Of a stretch of 64,000 nt of DNA, positions 1 to 12,620 are shown piece after piece. The DNA is from Harriotta raleighana (Eukaryota): the NCBI GenBank assembly GCA_050575255.1, contig JBNZDD010013687.1, positions 2,587,227-2,651,226 on the forward strand. The letters are read 5' to 3'. Position numbers and translations under genes: made by a program. How positions within the stretch are numbered: the stretch's first letter is position 1; every line of letters begins with the position of its first letter. The notes beneath the pieces are model-generated. The model had not been told where the DNA came from, did not search any database, and was given only the letters and a program-made list of their open reading frames with translations.

Positions 1-300
1 GATTTGATGTCTGACAGCCTTTCACATTGGGAAGATGACCATACCTCTGAGGTATGGTCTGAACCATTCAGGGAGAGATTCATGAAGGTGAGAGGAGAGG
101 TGGTGGAGGGGAATAAAGTAGTCAACAGTATCGAAGGCGCAGAGACATCAAGAAGGACGAGGAGGCAGTCGGAGCCCTGGTCACAGATGGACAAAACGTC
201 ACTTGTCACTTTGACTGAAGCTGTTTCTATGCTGTGGATGGCACGGAATCCCGATTAGAGGGGTTCATGAGGAGAGTGGCGGGGATGAGTGGTTGGGGGA
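1..300 (-). mobile_element. L2-clade LINE reverse transcriptase fragment (decayed, runs off window start)
   Basis: Minus strand translates as ..*SGFRAIHSIETASVKVTSDVLSICDQGSDCLLVLLDVSA.., matching the L2/CR1 RT pattern QSGFRxxHSTETALxKVxNDxL..DxG...LVLLDLSAAFD; contains a stop and a frameshift. Confidence 0.85.
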
Positions 301-1504
301 AGGAGCGAAGAAATGAATCCAGTGAAGTGTTGTGACTTTGTAAGCACATAAAACTATCAGATAAACACGTTTGCTTACAGAAACAGTCACTCCACGCTAC
401 AGAATGGTTTTCGAAAACATGTTTGGAACTTACACTTAGTTTTTAATCTTCTTTCCTTTCCAGGGTTGCTAATGCTATCTTTAATGTGTTGAAATAGTAG
501 TTATTGTGTCACTTACATGGAGAATATTTTCAAATCCAGGCTCTAACAGAATTTATGTTCATTAGTAACTCGTTCAACTAGCGTTTATTCGTTGTTCCAC
601 TGATATCAGGTAATCCAGCATGCATAATGTGTGACTGTATCTTCAAACATTGGACTTAGAAAATCTTCTTTCAAAAGGATTAGCCTATTGCTCTCAGTAG
701 CCCCATACATTCAGCAAACAGAGCTACTCATCTATCCCTTTATAATCTGATTTGGGACAAGATAAAATCTTTAGTCAACAATCATTTTGAAACAAGAACA
801 GCCTCATTGTTTTGGGTTATGACTTGTAGTCAACATTATTTTTTGGACAAGTTGTACAGCTCAGGGATTGTAAACATTAGTCTGATTCAACTCATTTCAC
901 GAGTGAAACATTTGGAATATTGGAGAGAAAAATAAGAAAATATTTGAAATACAGTATTAAGATGTAATTTGATGATGTTTATAGCATCTTATGTCACCCA
1001 ACTCAATACTGTACTTATTATAAAAACGGTGGGAAATAACAATTAAAAATGTAACTTTTGACAGTGACTTGAGCTTATGTTATACATTAAGAAATATGTT
1101 TTCCATATCTAAAGCTACACACTCTGGGGAGGGTGAGTAGAGACAAATCTATTTTACACTTCAGTTGACTGGTTGGATAACCTTATTAAGAAAATTAGAT
1201 GCTTCTCATCCACACCCTGCGCCTGATATATTCATCTAAGATTTGGCTTGTTAGATCTTGCCAAAGCAAAGGATTGTATGCATACAAATGAATCTAAGAA
1301 ACAAACTACATCAAAATGTTTCAGTACCTGTAGGTCAATCATTTTTGTCTACGGATGTCACAACATTCATTAAGAAAGGTCCAAGACCAAGATTGAATCT
1401 TTCTATCTATATGCACGTTAGGAAATTGAGTCATCTGTTAACTGTTACACTCACCAGCAATGCTGAATATCTACAGTATCAAATGGTGAATAATAATAAT
1501 CAAA

Positions 1505-1560
1505 ATAATAATCCTTGTATTTGATGTAGCATCTTATCAAAATGCTACAAAGTGTTTCAA
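1505..1560 (-). mobile_element. SINE 3' tail fragment
   Basis: aataataatccttgtatttgatgtagcatcttatca is the reverse complement of the SINE tail seen at 22250-22290. Confidence 0.55.
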
Positions 1561-3824
1561 AGGATTTATATAAAGTGGAGTTACTGTATTTGTTGGTGAA
1601 TGTGGCAGCTTTTTGTGCACAGCAATATTTAACAAGTAGTGTTCAACAGATTTATCTACTTCATATTGTGGATTGTTGGCCAAGAACTTTTGAGAAATTC
1701 CCTTTTCATTTGTAGACAGATAACGTTTTAGCAAGGCTTTAACTTCCACTTTATGTTTTTGTTAATATAAAAGAAAAATATTGTACATCTTAATATATTT
1801 TGAGTTTGGTAACTGGACCCTTTACCAAAACCTAAACGTTTGTAAATGAAGCCTTCAGCAGCATTGCCTCTTTGCCCCTAATGTTCTCTTGTTTTTGGTT
1901 ATTTCATTTTATAACCAAGCAATTTAACTTATTGTGTATTTATCAATATGCAGAATGAATGTTATGCAGCAAATCTTGTAGGGACAAAGCCATATAGACA
2001 TTCTTGGCCCCATCAGAGTGAAGGTTAGGGACACATGCGTTGAAACTCGCATATGTAAATGAATTTGCAGTTCGTGTTTGTTTTAAGTAAAGCTTAGCCA
2101 CTTACTGTACCAGAACAGTTATTACATTAGCTCAGATTTCATTTGCCTTCTTTAACATATTACTTCAACACGGTTGGTGAAGTAATTTATTCCATTCTCT
2201 GCAAAGAGCTTGGATCTCATTTGTTAGCATGCTGTTCTCCTCAGCCCACTAGGCTGCCATTCATCTCTCGTCTCTGTGGAGCATTGGGTCTGTGCAGAAT
2301 TTTAATCAGAATTGATTTAACTAAACCCAGGGCATAGATTCAAAATTGCTACAGTGATCCCACAAGAATTGCTGAATCATGTTCTTTTTGTAAAAAGTAG
2401 GAATGCAAAATGCATCACAATATTAATACATTTAAGATGGTGAAAATTAGGAAAATTATTGTGTTCAAGGGCTAAACTGAGGCACATTCAGTGCTGTTTA
2501 TAAGAAATCTAGGATTGGAGCAAGTTTTGTTTGAGTTCCTGTTCTCAGTCCCTCACCAGCACAATATACCATTGACTGCCAGGGCTCATACACAAACAAT
2601 GGGCACTTGTGCAAAGTATCAGAGGGCAACAGGCATGTATGGAACAAGAGAAGCTAAACCAGAAGCAGAAAGGCATGTATCAGTGGGCAGAAAATGTGAT
2701 AAATAATTGAACACACTTTCAAAAAAACAAATGCCGGGATCTTTAGCTGAAACAGTCAGTAAATCAAGCTGCAGAAGAAGTGAAAATAAAACAACACAAG
2801 CTGTACACCACTACTCTGTGGTCTCATAAGTCTTAAACAGCACCTTCATCAAATGGCAGGACCAGCTGCTAAAATACTGTCTGCTGGTCCTGCAGAAACA
2901 GAAGCAGATTGTGAAACAATAAAACAAATAATTAGAAAAATGCCAGATATTCATAATGCTTTGCTTTTCGTGGCCATACTGTGGTTCAATAGCAGAAATC
3001 AATTTGGTGAAATAGTAACGTCACATTTGAGCTGTCTTGGCAAACCTCCAACTTCACTTGTTTTGTACACACGTCAACCGATCCAGAGATAAATAATGTC
3101 CCAGAACATAGAGGGGGCAGAGAAATGACCCAATGTTCCTTTGTAATTTTCTCAAAAGCAGATCTTCAAAAAACAATGAGAGAAAGAACAGCATAGCTTT
3201 ATCTGTTAAGAACGTACCTTTATTAAGTCAATACAATGAAATCATTGTTAAGTGGTTTGCATTAACAATAGAGAGGTAATTTTGTTGGGTAATTGGAAAC
3301 CATTCTTCACTGTAGTTTGCAGGACACCTCAGGCTAATATATTTGCCATTATGTCTCTAAGGTATACTGGAAAATATTGCTGCAGGCAAGCAGACAGCAC
3401 AGACATTTCTGAAGCATACAACTGTAGTTGCTTATTTTGCAATGGGCAATTTGCAGGAATGTGCAGATTGTTTTTCATCTTTTTGCAGAGGACCACTAGA
3501 TCGGCCACAGAATCTGAAGTGATGATTTTAACAGGCATTTATCTATATCCTAGCATTGAAAAGTGTTAGGATCATTGATTAAGGGAAGAGAACGTTTTCA
3601 ATCCAATGATTTTTACCACTCCACAAAATAAATGCAAATAGAGTATCTGTCATTTTCTAGGCCTTTCCCATATCACAGTTTACATATGAAGGAAGATGTC
3701 TTCTGGCAGAACATTTGTCCATCATATTAAATAGTTTTGAGTGGAGCTTGGAGAGGACACTGATGGAGCAAAATAGCTTCCTATTGACATGTATAAATAT
3801 TTTCAGGGATTTTTAATTAGCAAA

Positions 3825-4217
3825 TGGTTCAGTTGGTAGTACTCTGGCCACAAAATCAGACTCCAACATTGTGACTTTGAACTCACAGTCCAGGGTTGAC
3901 ATTTCAATTCAGTGCTGAGTATTGGAGGTGCCTTCTTTCAGATGAGATGCTAAACTAAGCTGCCTATTCCGGTAGTTGTTAAAGATCTCGTGGCACTATT
4001 CCCCCGAACAGGTTGCTTCTCCTTGGTGTCCTTGCCAACAATCACCCAAGATGGTTACTCACTTCATGCCTTGTTTGTGGAACATGGTTATACACAAATT
4101 GGCCATTGCATTCACCTACAAAATACAGTCACTACGTTTCACCATAAAATCACGCGAAGCACTTTTTGATGTCTCACTAACATGATAAGGTTCCATATTA
4201 AATGAAAGGATAATTAT
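3825..4217 (+). mobile_element. Old near-full-length Deu-domain SINE (SacSINE1/AmnSINE1-like)
   Basis: tRNA-like A-box head (tggttcagttggtag). Central ggaggtgccttctttcagatgagatgctaaac..aaagatctcgtggcactatt..ggtgtccttgccaac..gtttgtgg..cacaaattggcc resembles the Deu domain as I recall it. Ends with the L2-like tail gaagcactttttgatgtctc..atgataagg..aaatg. Confidence 0.7.
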
Positions 4218-4575
4218 TTATTATGAAGTAGGCCTATTGACCTATTTCAGGAATCAAACAGAATCGGAGACAGCAAAATAAACAACAACTAGTTAAAATT
4301 TCTGGCAGTGAAAGCAATGTTTTTGTAGATCAAAATTTGCTATCACGTACTGAGCATTTAGTGTGTGGCGCTGAGAGCTGCAAGCTGATAACTACAATTT
4401 GCTTTTGAAAACATTATGTTGCCAGGAAACCAAATACAGTACAGCCATTTGCAATACAATCTAACATTATTCTGTTCCTCAAAAAAGACAAAAATCAGTT
4501 GTCCTTGTGAGGATTCTTTGACATTTATGCTTTAGTTAGAAGCATTTTCATTATGGCATTCCTCAGAATACTTCA

Positions 4576-4770
4576 AATAATAAATAATTTGTTATAGCTT
4601 CTTTACCATGGGGAGGACATCTCAAAGCGCTTTATTGGATTTACTATAAAGTGTAGTAAATGTGTATCATGCAGACAAACTCAGCAACCAATTTAAGCTC
4701 GGCAGTGTCTTACAAACAACAACAACAAAATTACATTTATATAGCGCCTTTCACATCGGGGGGACATCAT
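4576..4770 (-). mobile_element. Two SINE/L2 3' tail fragments (about 4576-4635 and 4716-4770)
   Basis: ..ggggaggacatctcaaagcgcttta and aacaacaacaacaaaattacatttatatagcgcctttcacatcggggggacatc are reverse complements of the L2 tail at 63090-63152. Confidence 0.7.
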
Positions 4771-7650
4771 GAAGTGAAGGAAGCTAGGTGCTGTACAATA
4801 CTTTCAAATAGTTGAACTAGCCAAGAAGTTCAATAATAGATCTATTAAAGGGCCTGCATAACTAACTATAAAAACACATGTAAACCTGCTCTATATACTA
4901 AACATTCAAAGTACAAATATACATACATATATATTTATTAACAGGACCAAAGTGTGTGTGCTTCCTCTTAAATACATTGCTTCTGGCTAAGACAGGAAAT
5001 TGTGCTCCTGTTGCTCGAAAGTTCCCAAGAGCAGGATACATACAATACAGGCAGATACGGTCAGGTACCAGAACAAGTGATTCAACAGAGCAAATGAGGA
5101 ACACAATCCACTGACAGATGTAAGAAAAGTTCAAGAAATAAAGTATATCGACATGATAGCAATTTTTCATTCCAGTTAAATTACAATTGATCATTCACTA
5201 AAAGCTTACAAAAATGCTCTGATTAAGTTGGGCTGTTTTCAAACCTGCACGTAAAATCAATACCTATGAAATGGTCAACATTGTATAGAAGCAAATTTAC
5301 CTGCCATTGTACCCATAAGATGGCTCTTTTTATTTCTATAATTTACTATGATATCGAACTATGCTCATCAATACCTAATAGTATTTCTAAGCACTTCTGT
5401 CACTGCTGCAAAGATTCAAGAGCTGAATCTAGTACTTGTTGGTCATCTGTCAATGGATGTGACCCTGACACTTTGATACAGGATAGACTGTCCCCAATCA
5501 TGAACAATTGGGCAAAAGTGGGTTTGTAGTTCATAGAATGAATCACATTTTGACTGTCAAATTGACAGTGCTCATCAATCTTTCTGGTGGAGCTAGTCAG
5601 AAAATGAGTGACAGAATGAAACAGTTGTGTGGAATGCTGTCATGTCGTGGAATAAAAAATATGAAGAAACAGTTCAGCAATTTCAAACTAAAATCGACAC
5701 CAAAAAAAATGGCAGGCAGCATCCTCAGAAATCTGACACCACAGTTTCTTGTGTTCTGGTGCTGCGCCACTCTTTGATCCTCACAATAAATATGCAGAGC
5801 CCAACCATTCAAGACCCATGAGGGCATGTTCAGTTGGCTCGTGACAGCAAAGCCTTGGGAAAACTGAAAAGAGAATTTGCAGCGAGGAAGATGGAATTTA
5901 TGCCCGATAACACTGGAGTGGATGTTGTGAAGTATTGCCAAGTTGTCAAGGGACGTAGCTAACATTAGCAAATGTTGCCATCAGGCGTCAGCTGTATCAG
6001 GTGGGAATATAAATGTGCAGAGATTGTTTTTAAGCAAACTCTAATTTGCCAACCAAAGTGAAAAGAATTGCAGCAACATTGAAGTCTTGAAAAGACCAAT
6101 GATGCCATAAACTGGAATGATAATTGACTTTGCTGAAATGATTCCATGAACAACCGCAGTTGTGGTCAGACATCGACAGTTATCGACTTGTGTTTTTCTC
6201 TGGATGAACTTCATTCAGAAACAGAATATTTTTGTTTAAACAAAATCTCAATGCTGCAAGTCACTCTTGCGAAACCAGGTTGAACTGTGACCAAAATCTT
6301 AATGTCTGTGAAATAAATCTGCAGGCTTTGCCAAGTCATTATAATTTGCAAATGGATTGAACTGAACCACTTCTGAAACTGATCTAAAAGATGTGTAGCT
6401 TGCCTCAGCCAACCTTTCATAATGTGAAAACAGTTTGAAGTGAGCTGCTGAGATTGAAACTTTGTGTCTGTGAACAAAATGGGCAATTTTATTGCTATTT
6501 GCAAGCAATTTGAACCAAACTGATGCCATTAAATTGGGTGGAGAAATAAGCACATCTAGATTTGTGTTAATTTATAACCAATTTCTATTATAATTTTGTA
6601 TCAATTATGGTAATACTGTTATCTGAAATACTTTGATAATAATTTTATAAATTGACTGACTGAAATGTATGGCCAACAACACAGTACAAGTAAAATTCTA
6701 TATTTTTTGCTTACATCTGGCACGGAAACACGCCATTTAACCCAACTAGTCTACAAGGGTGTTTATACAGTACTCCACTTTAGCCCCTTCCCCTCCTATT
6801 CACCTCAATTATACTCTTCCCTTGCTGTATCCCTCATGCACGCATCATTTTTGCTCATAAATACATCTTGTTTGCTTCAAACACAATTTCTGCCTGGGAT
6901 TTTTCCATTGTCACCAATCTCCACATGAAAACATTCTTCCTAAACTTCCTGTACATATACCATTAAACATCTAAGATTGATGTCCATAAAATGCTTGACA
7001 TAGAGGATATTAGCAAACAACAACGTTATGACATACTGTATTAGTGAAACGTTACAAAACTGATAATATTTGATGTGATAATTATCACCAGCAATAGTTA
7101 TCAGGTGAAAATAATTCACAGTAAATATATTATGAATCATCACAATTTTCATCCATTACATTGTTCTAACTTCCCAATTGTTGAATCTGTGGACACAGGA
7201 GATTTTTTTTAATATTTAGTGATTACATTTGGCAACTCTCTGGTAAGTCTCTGAATCCTCATCCATTTTCATTCAAACTGTTAATTTGATAATAAAGTTA
7301 CAGATCCATTATCCAAAGAGACATCTGTGTCGATTTACCTGATGCATTAACTTTGTTTAGAGCTGTGTCTGGCTCAGAACTCATTAACGATGGAGATTAA
7401 AAATGTAGTGCCTTGGGAATCACAAGTCTAATTCCAAATCAGTAACAATACCCTTAAACATCCAAGCCTCATTCTGCAGCTCCTATTATGTGTAAAACAG
7501 ACAGATCAATATACTGTAATTATCACACACAATACAATGAGTCAAATACACATACTGTATACTATACTCTGGAAGGTTGGTCAGCATTTTGTCTTGGTGG
7601 AAAATGTCACATACATGGAAACATAAGTAACCAAAATCAGGTGATATTCT

Positions 7651-7757
7651 AATAATAATCCTTGCATTTGGAAAGCTCTTTATCACATCATTCAACATCT
7701 CAAAACACTTCACAGAATATACTATAAAGTGAATTGACTATGTATTTGTGAGCAAAA
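7651..7757 (-). mobile_element. SINE 3' portion
   Basis: aataataatccttgcatttg..tatcacatc..catctcaaaacacttcacagaatatac..gtgaattgactatgtatttgtgagcaaaa matches the reverse complement of 22175-22290. Confidence 0.8.
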
Positions 7758-9083
7758 TCTACATCAAAGACAATGTACTGTTTTTTTCAATATAAATCAT
7801 CTGAACAGGAATATATAAAATTAAGCCCCAAAATACTGAAAATGCACAGTTTGCTCATTACTACTTGAAATATGACGATAGGTTAATTGTTTGAATGCAA
7901 CACTTCATAAAATCAGAAATATAGGGATTAAAAAGCATGGTCATAGAATTCAGGAGAGTCAGACCAAGAGAACAATTAAAATCCACCAACCACACACAAA
8001 TACGCACACACACAAAGAGACAAGTAAGTAACACCCCATGGTAATTAACCAATTGTGGATCACTGAAAATGGATTTTACAGTGCTTAATATGATAGAAAG
8101 GTAATATAGATGGCCAATATACAGGTACAAGAGAATCACAGGGATGAGTCAAAGAGCAGAAAATACTAAAGTATATTGGGAAATGGAGTGAAAATATTGG
8201 GGAATCAGCTAAGCTCTGAATTTGTTCAAAATATTCAGATCAATGGATCATAGAGGGTAACCAAAATTAAGAAAAATAACCTGGAGTTTGTATTGTTTTA
8301 TAACCTTTATAAATTAGAGAAGGGTGTGTCTTGAGTTTCTGCAGTGAGATTGAAGGGATTTGAGTGGAGACAGTGAAGTAGATTTCACAGGATGTGGGGA
8401 AGAAGTAGGGTTGATGAGTCAACTGGTCTTTTCATTTCATTCCTGTAATTTTATACATCACATTTGTGTCCAAAACTAGTTTTCGATACAATTATATTAC
8501 ATTCTTAACTGTATAGAATGTTTTGCTATGACTCCTTGTAACATTCTGGTCTCTCTCGCCACCTACCAATAAACTCATAACTATTCTTTGCCTTTATTAA
8601 TAGCATTTAACTATGAATGTATAAATCACCTTTGTGCAATTGAACCCATTCCCATATTAATGAATAGTTTTTTTTAAAAACAGAGTTTACACAAACATGC
8701 TGTTGTTTCTCTTTTGTGTATGCGTGACTTTAATAAATCACTGTCAAGGAAGCAAAAAATTGAAATATGCACCATCCTACTTAAAATTCATAACAAAGAA
8801 CTGTAAGGTCACTGTCGATTTGTAAATAGCACAAGTCATAGAGTTACCAGTACAATGTGTGGCTCATAATTGATCTCATGTGAGTAATAATTCAAAGTTA
8901 TACAGATCACCTGTCATCTTTATCTGCATTTACTTCAAACACAATTTGTCAATGCAAAGCTTCCCTTCAATGAATGTGGTTTCTGTGTACAGAAAGATGC
9001 AAGATGTTCTGATGGTTTCTTAACAGCAGGCCAATGGCACAACCTATTGGTGCACCTATGCACTGCATAACTGATACCAGTAT

Positions 9084-9107
9084 TATATATATATATATAT
9101 ATATATA
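9084..9107. repeat. (TA)n microsatellite
   Basis: Uninterrupted TA run of about 12 units. Confidence 0.9.
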
Positions 9108-9342
9108 CTGTATATGGATCGCACACCAATAACTTCAGTTAGAGTGAATTTTCTGATAAGAGTGATCTAAGCGAGATTATGAATACAGGCAAGGAGATTC
9201 ATTTCAGGGACAATAAAAGAAGTCAGTACTGAATAGTCATCTACACCAGCTAGCAAAAGGTTCCAAAACTGTATTCAGAGTAGACTGGGAAAGACTTCTT
9301 TGTTGATTCATAATGCATGAAATCCGAGGGACACTTCATTCT

Positions 9343-9450
9343 AATAATAATCCATGCATTTGATATAGCGCTTTTCATGTCTTCTAGACATCTCAAAGTG
9401 CGCCACAGAATATAATGTAATTGAATTGACTGTATATATGTGGGCGAAAA
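9343..9450 (-). mobile_element. SINE 3' portion
   Basis: aataataatccatgcatttgatatagcgcttttcatgtcttctagacatctcaaagtg..tgaattgactgtatatatgtgggcgaaaa; same family as 21954-22290. Confidence 0.85.
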
Positions 9451-12029
9451 TTCTAAACATCATTGTTAAAACACCATTTCTAAACATATGTAGATTGCAA
9501 AACAAATAAACAGTATTTGCATAATTTCTTAACTGGATTGCCAAAAAAGTGGTATATGATCAGAATCCCATTCAAACCATAAGAATTCTATTCCAAAAAT
9601 CGAAGTCCAAAAATATGAGCTATAGACAGTTGAGCAACATGAATTATTCATTAAAGAAGCTCATTCAAAGAATTCCATAAAATAGACCCCAAGTTCATTC
9701 CCCGAAACACCAATTTGCAATTATACAATGTCCTTTAAATAGAACATAATGTAGGAAGAAATATACACTCAAAGTGACTTAAACCATGATGTTTTCCCTA
9801 ACATGTTTCCACAAAGATTTACAGCAGTGATGCTATGTATTGAGCATTGAACTCCACCTAGTGTACAATTCTGGAGTATACAAACAGCAACAGTATTTAT
9901 GCAGTTTTGGAGCAAACCTTGTTTTTCTTTATTATGTAAGCAACAAACACTTTACGTATGTTAAGTATAAATTTGTGACTGTTGCTTGATTTATCATTGT
10001 GCTCTATTTTATTTGCATTTCTAAATGTTAGAATGAAATATTATTATTTTAAATGTGTTCCATTGTCACATGTATTTTTAAAAATATTTTGAAGTTATTG
10101 CAACATTTTAAAATAAATCCTGAAAAGAACAAGTACACATTTAAAACAAACATCAGGTTTGGATGAGAAACATAAATGGTCAGATTATCACACATAATAT
10201 TTATTTATGAATTTCTACATCAAGAATATTCCAACTCACACTCCTGACCACTTTCCATGTATTAACTAAACTCATCAGTTTTAAAAAATAAAATACATCA
10301 TTAGCAGGCAAAGTGTTGCTTAAAAGTTTATTCTCTTGTTTCAATTGATATTTTCTACACTAAAATGTTAAAACAATTATTTTTTATCCTGCCACTATCA
10401 CCCCTTCAAAAGCAGGATTATAAATTTAGCAACTAAAATGTAAAACATGTTTGTGGAGCTGACAGTGGGTTAGTGTTTAAAGTGAGCATTTGATCTGACC
10501 CACCTTGCAATCTCGCTGACATTCAGTTTCGCAACAATGGCAACGCTTTCATGTTCACAGTTTGCAGGCTGCTGATTGCATGATATTAGAAATAAACCAA
10601 CTCCATATTAGAAATTGCTCCATAGAAAACCAGGTCAGGTCAATTCCACATTTAAGTTCCATTTTAGTTTCAGAAACAATAACTCTAATGGAATGCTGTT
10701 TACTATACAACTTATTAATACAATAAACTCCTAATAACTTGATTGTGGCTTAATTTGTCATTACCACTTATCTTGCCATGTTGTCAATATCCCATACACT
10801 TCCCCTGTAAAATGCTAATAAGGGACTTTACTTGTCACTTCACTTAACATGTAACCAGTCACATTTTAGAAATTCTTGGAAATACTTACAATGTAGAATT
10901 GATTAAAAAAAACTCAGCCTATAAGATCACATCGTGCACCGAAGAGGCCTCTGGTCTAAAAGAGGGCTGTGTTGTTTTATGGATTTTGCAGGTGAAATTG
11001 ATAATAACATGCATAATTTGTATGAAATAAAAAGTGCTGAATGGTCAACCTTGTTCACTGACCTTCCATGCCTGGAGAACATCAATGAAACCACTGCACA
11101 TTTCAAGGAACCTGTGACAAAATATGCATTTTTGACTTTAAAGCTGAATAACATATGCAGTCCTTCAGTGGTGAACACACCAGACAACCTTCACCGCTCT
11201 AAGAATATCTAAACTAAATGATTGAGAATTTCACAAATGCATTGGAAATTTCTGTTTTTATACCACGCAAGACAGTGTCTGTGGAGTAAAATGCAGCATG
11301 CAATTCATTAGGTTGGTGTCTGATTTGTGAGTTGTGTTTAACAGGTGTAATAAATATACTCTTAATTATGTAACTAACAAACAATAAAAAATAATCAGCA
11401 CAATATAGGGTTGTTAATCACGTCATTGCACATGGTTAACACAACCCATGAATGAGTTATTTTGCTTGGTGCAGAAGATTTGCCTGTGGCCATATAGTGA
11501 TTAAACAAATGGATAAATTTGCTTTTAACTACGAAACTGCATATTTCAATGTTCTGTTTTTATAAAAGTCAATACACATAGACACAATAAAATCTATAAT
11601 AATCCTAGCATTCTGCATAGCATCTGTCTTGTCCAGAAGATGTCGGAAAGTCACGGCATGTACTGTAAAGTGTAGTGACTCTGTATTTGTAGGCAAATGT
11701 GACAACCCATGAAGTTCCAAAAACAGCCATGAAATGAATGATGAATTGTATTTCAAGGTTTGTTGGCCGGCATACTGGGAGAAACTCACTTTTTGGTTGG
11801 ATTTCGGAACTACAGAACATAATGCACTTTAAATATTGCAACAACAACGTATTGAATAATACGTTTCGAAGAGACGAGGTAAAAGATTGTTTCCCCACCC
11901 TTGCAAAATATTATCTAAGACTGATCATGGATATGAGCCCTCTGTGTAGCTCTTACATGAACTTTAGTGTAATTATTATTATTATTTAGGATATCTAGAT
12001 ACAGTGGAATTCCATAAATTTTTAAATGA

Positions 12030-12250
12030 TTAGAACACTCACCTCACAAGCGAGACCTGGGTTCGATTCCTGGCAGGATGAAATGTTGGGCAATTTCCTT
12101 ACTCCACACTCTTCTGTTTATCTAGCAGTAAGTAGGAAGCCAGTTGCTAGTCGATTGGCGGATTGTGTTTCCTGGGGTAATAATTTCTTTAAAAATTGAG
12201 ACGTCTCAAAGATGTGATTTGGCGCAATATCACATGCAAGGATTATTATT
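12030..12250 (+). mobile_element. tRNA-derived SINE with internal deletion
   Basis: Head ttagaacactcacctcacaagcgagacctgggttcgattcc (B-box), then gggcaatttccttactccacac, joined to tail ttgagacgtctcaaagatgtga..atgcaaggattattatt. Confidence 0.85.
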
Positions 12251-12506
12251 GTTAGTAGTAGTAGTAATAGTAGTAAACATTTCTATGTTTTATTTTTCTC
12301 ATCCAAGAATCAATCTGACAAAAAACCCCAACTACATGTTTCATTTTGAAAAGTAAGAGAAATAATTTGAGCTGCCCCTCAGAAACAAATGATTGAGTGG
12401 ACGATTTCCTACTTTTCTTAATCCAGGTAGCAGTGAGAATTGTATATGTTTGTACAAATAGATATTCACATGTTCCACTTAAAAAATGATAACAAAAATG
12501 TTTACA

Positions 12507-12620
12507 ATAATAATGTTTGTACAGTATTTGATATAGCCCCTCATCATGGTATTAAGACATCCCAAAGTACCTCAGACCATATACTAAAGTGAATTGACTA
12601 TATATTTTGTGGGTGAAAAA
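12507..12620 (-). mobile_element. SINE 3' portion (decayed)
   Basis: tatttgatatagcccctcatcatgg..gacatcccaaagtac..aaagtgaattgactatatattttgtgggtgaaa. Confidence 0.7.

Larger units (their letters stand above)
2700..6550 (+). mobile_element. Probable fossil hAT (Charlie/SPIN-like) transposase, interrupted by younger SINE/LINE insertions
   Basis: ADSTDIS at 3390-3410 resembles DESTDIS. One frame at 5867-6270 reads KREFAARKM..VDVVKYCQVVKGRS*, then CQPK*KEL, then VIDLCFSLDELH..LNKISMLQVTL. This follows the order of Charlie motifs HRxALAAK..DVVKxVNFIKxR, WLSKGKVL and LxDIFxxLNELN..DKIxxF. Recognised by eye only; boundaries rough. Confidence 0.45.
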
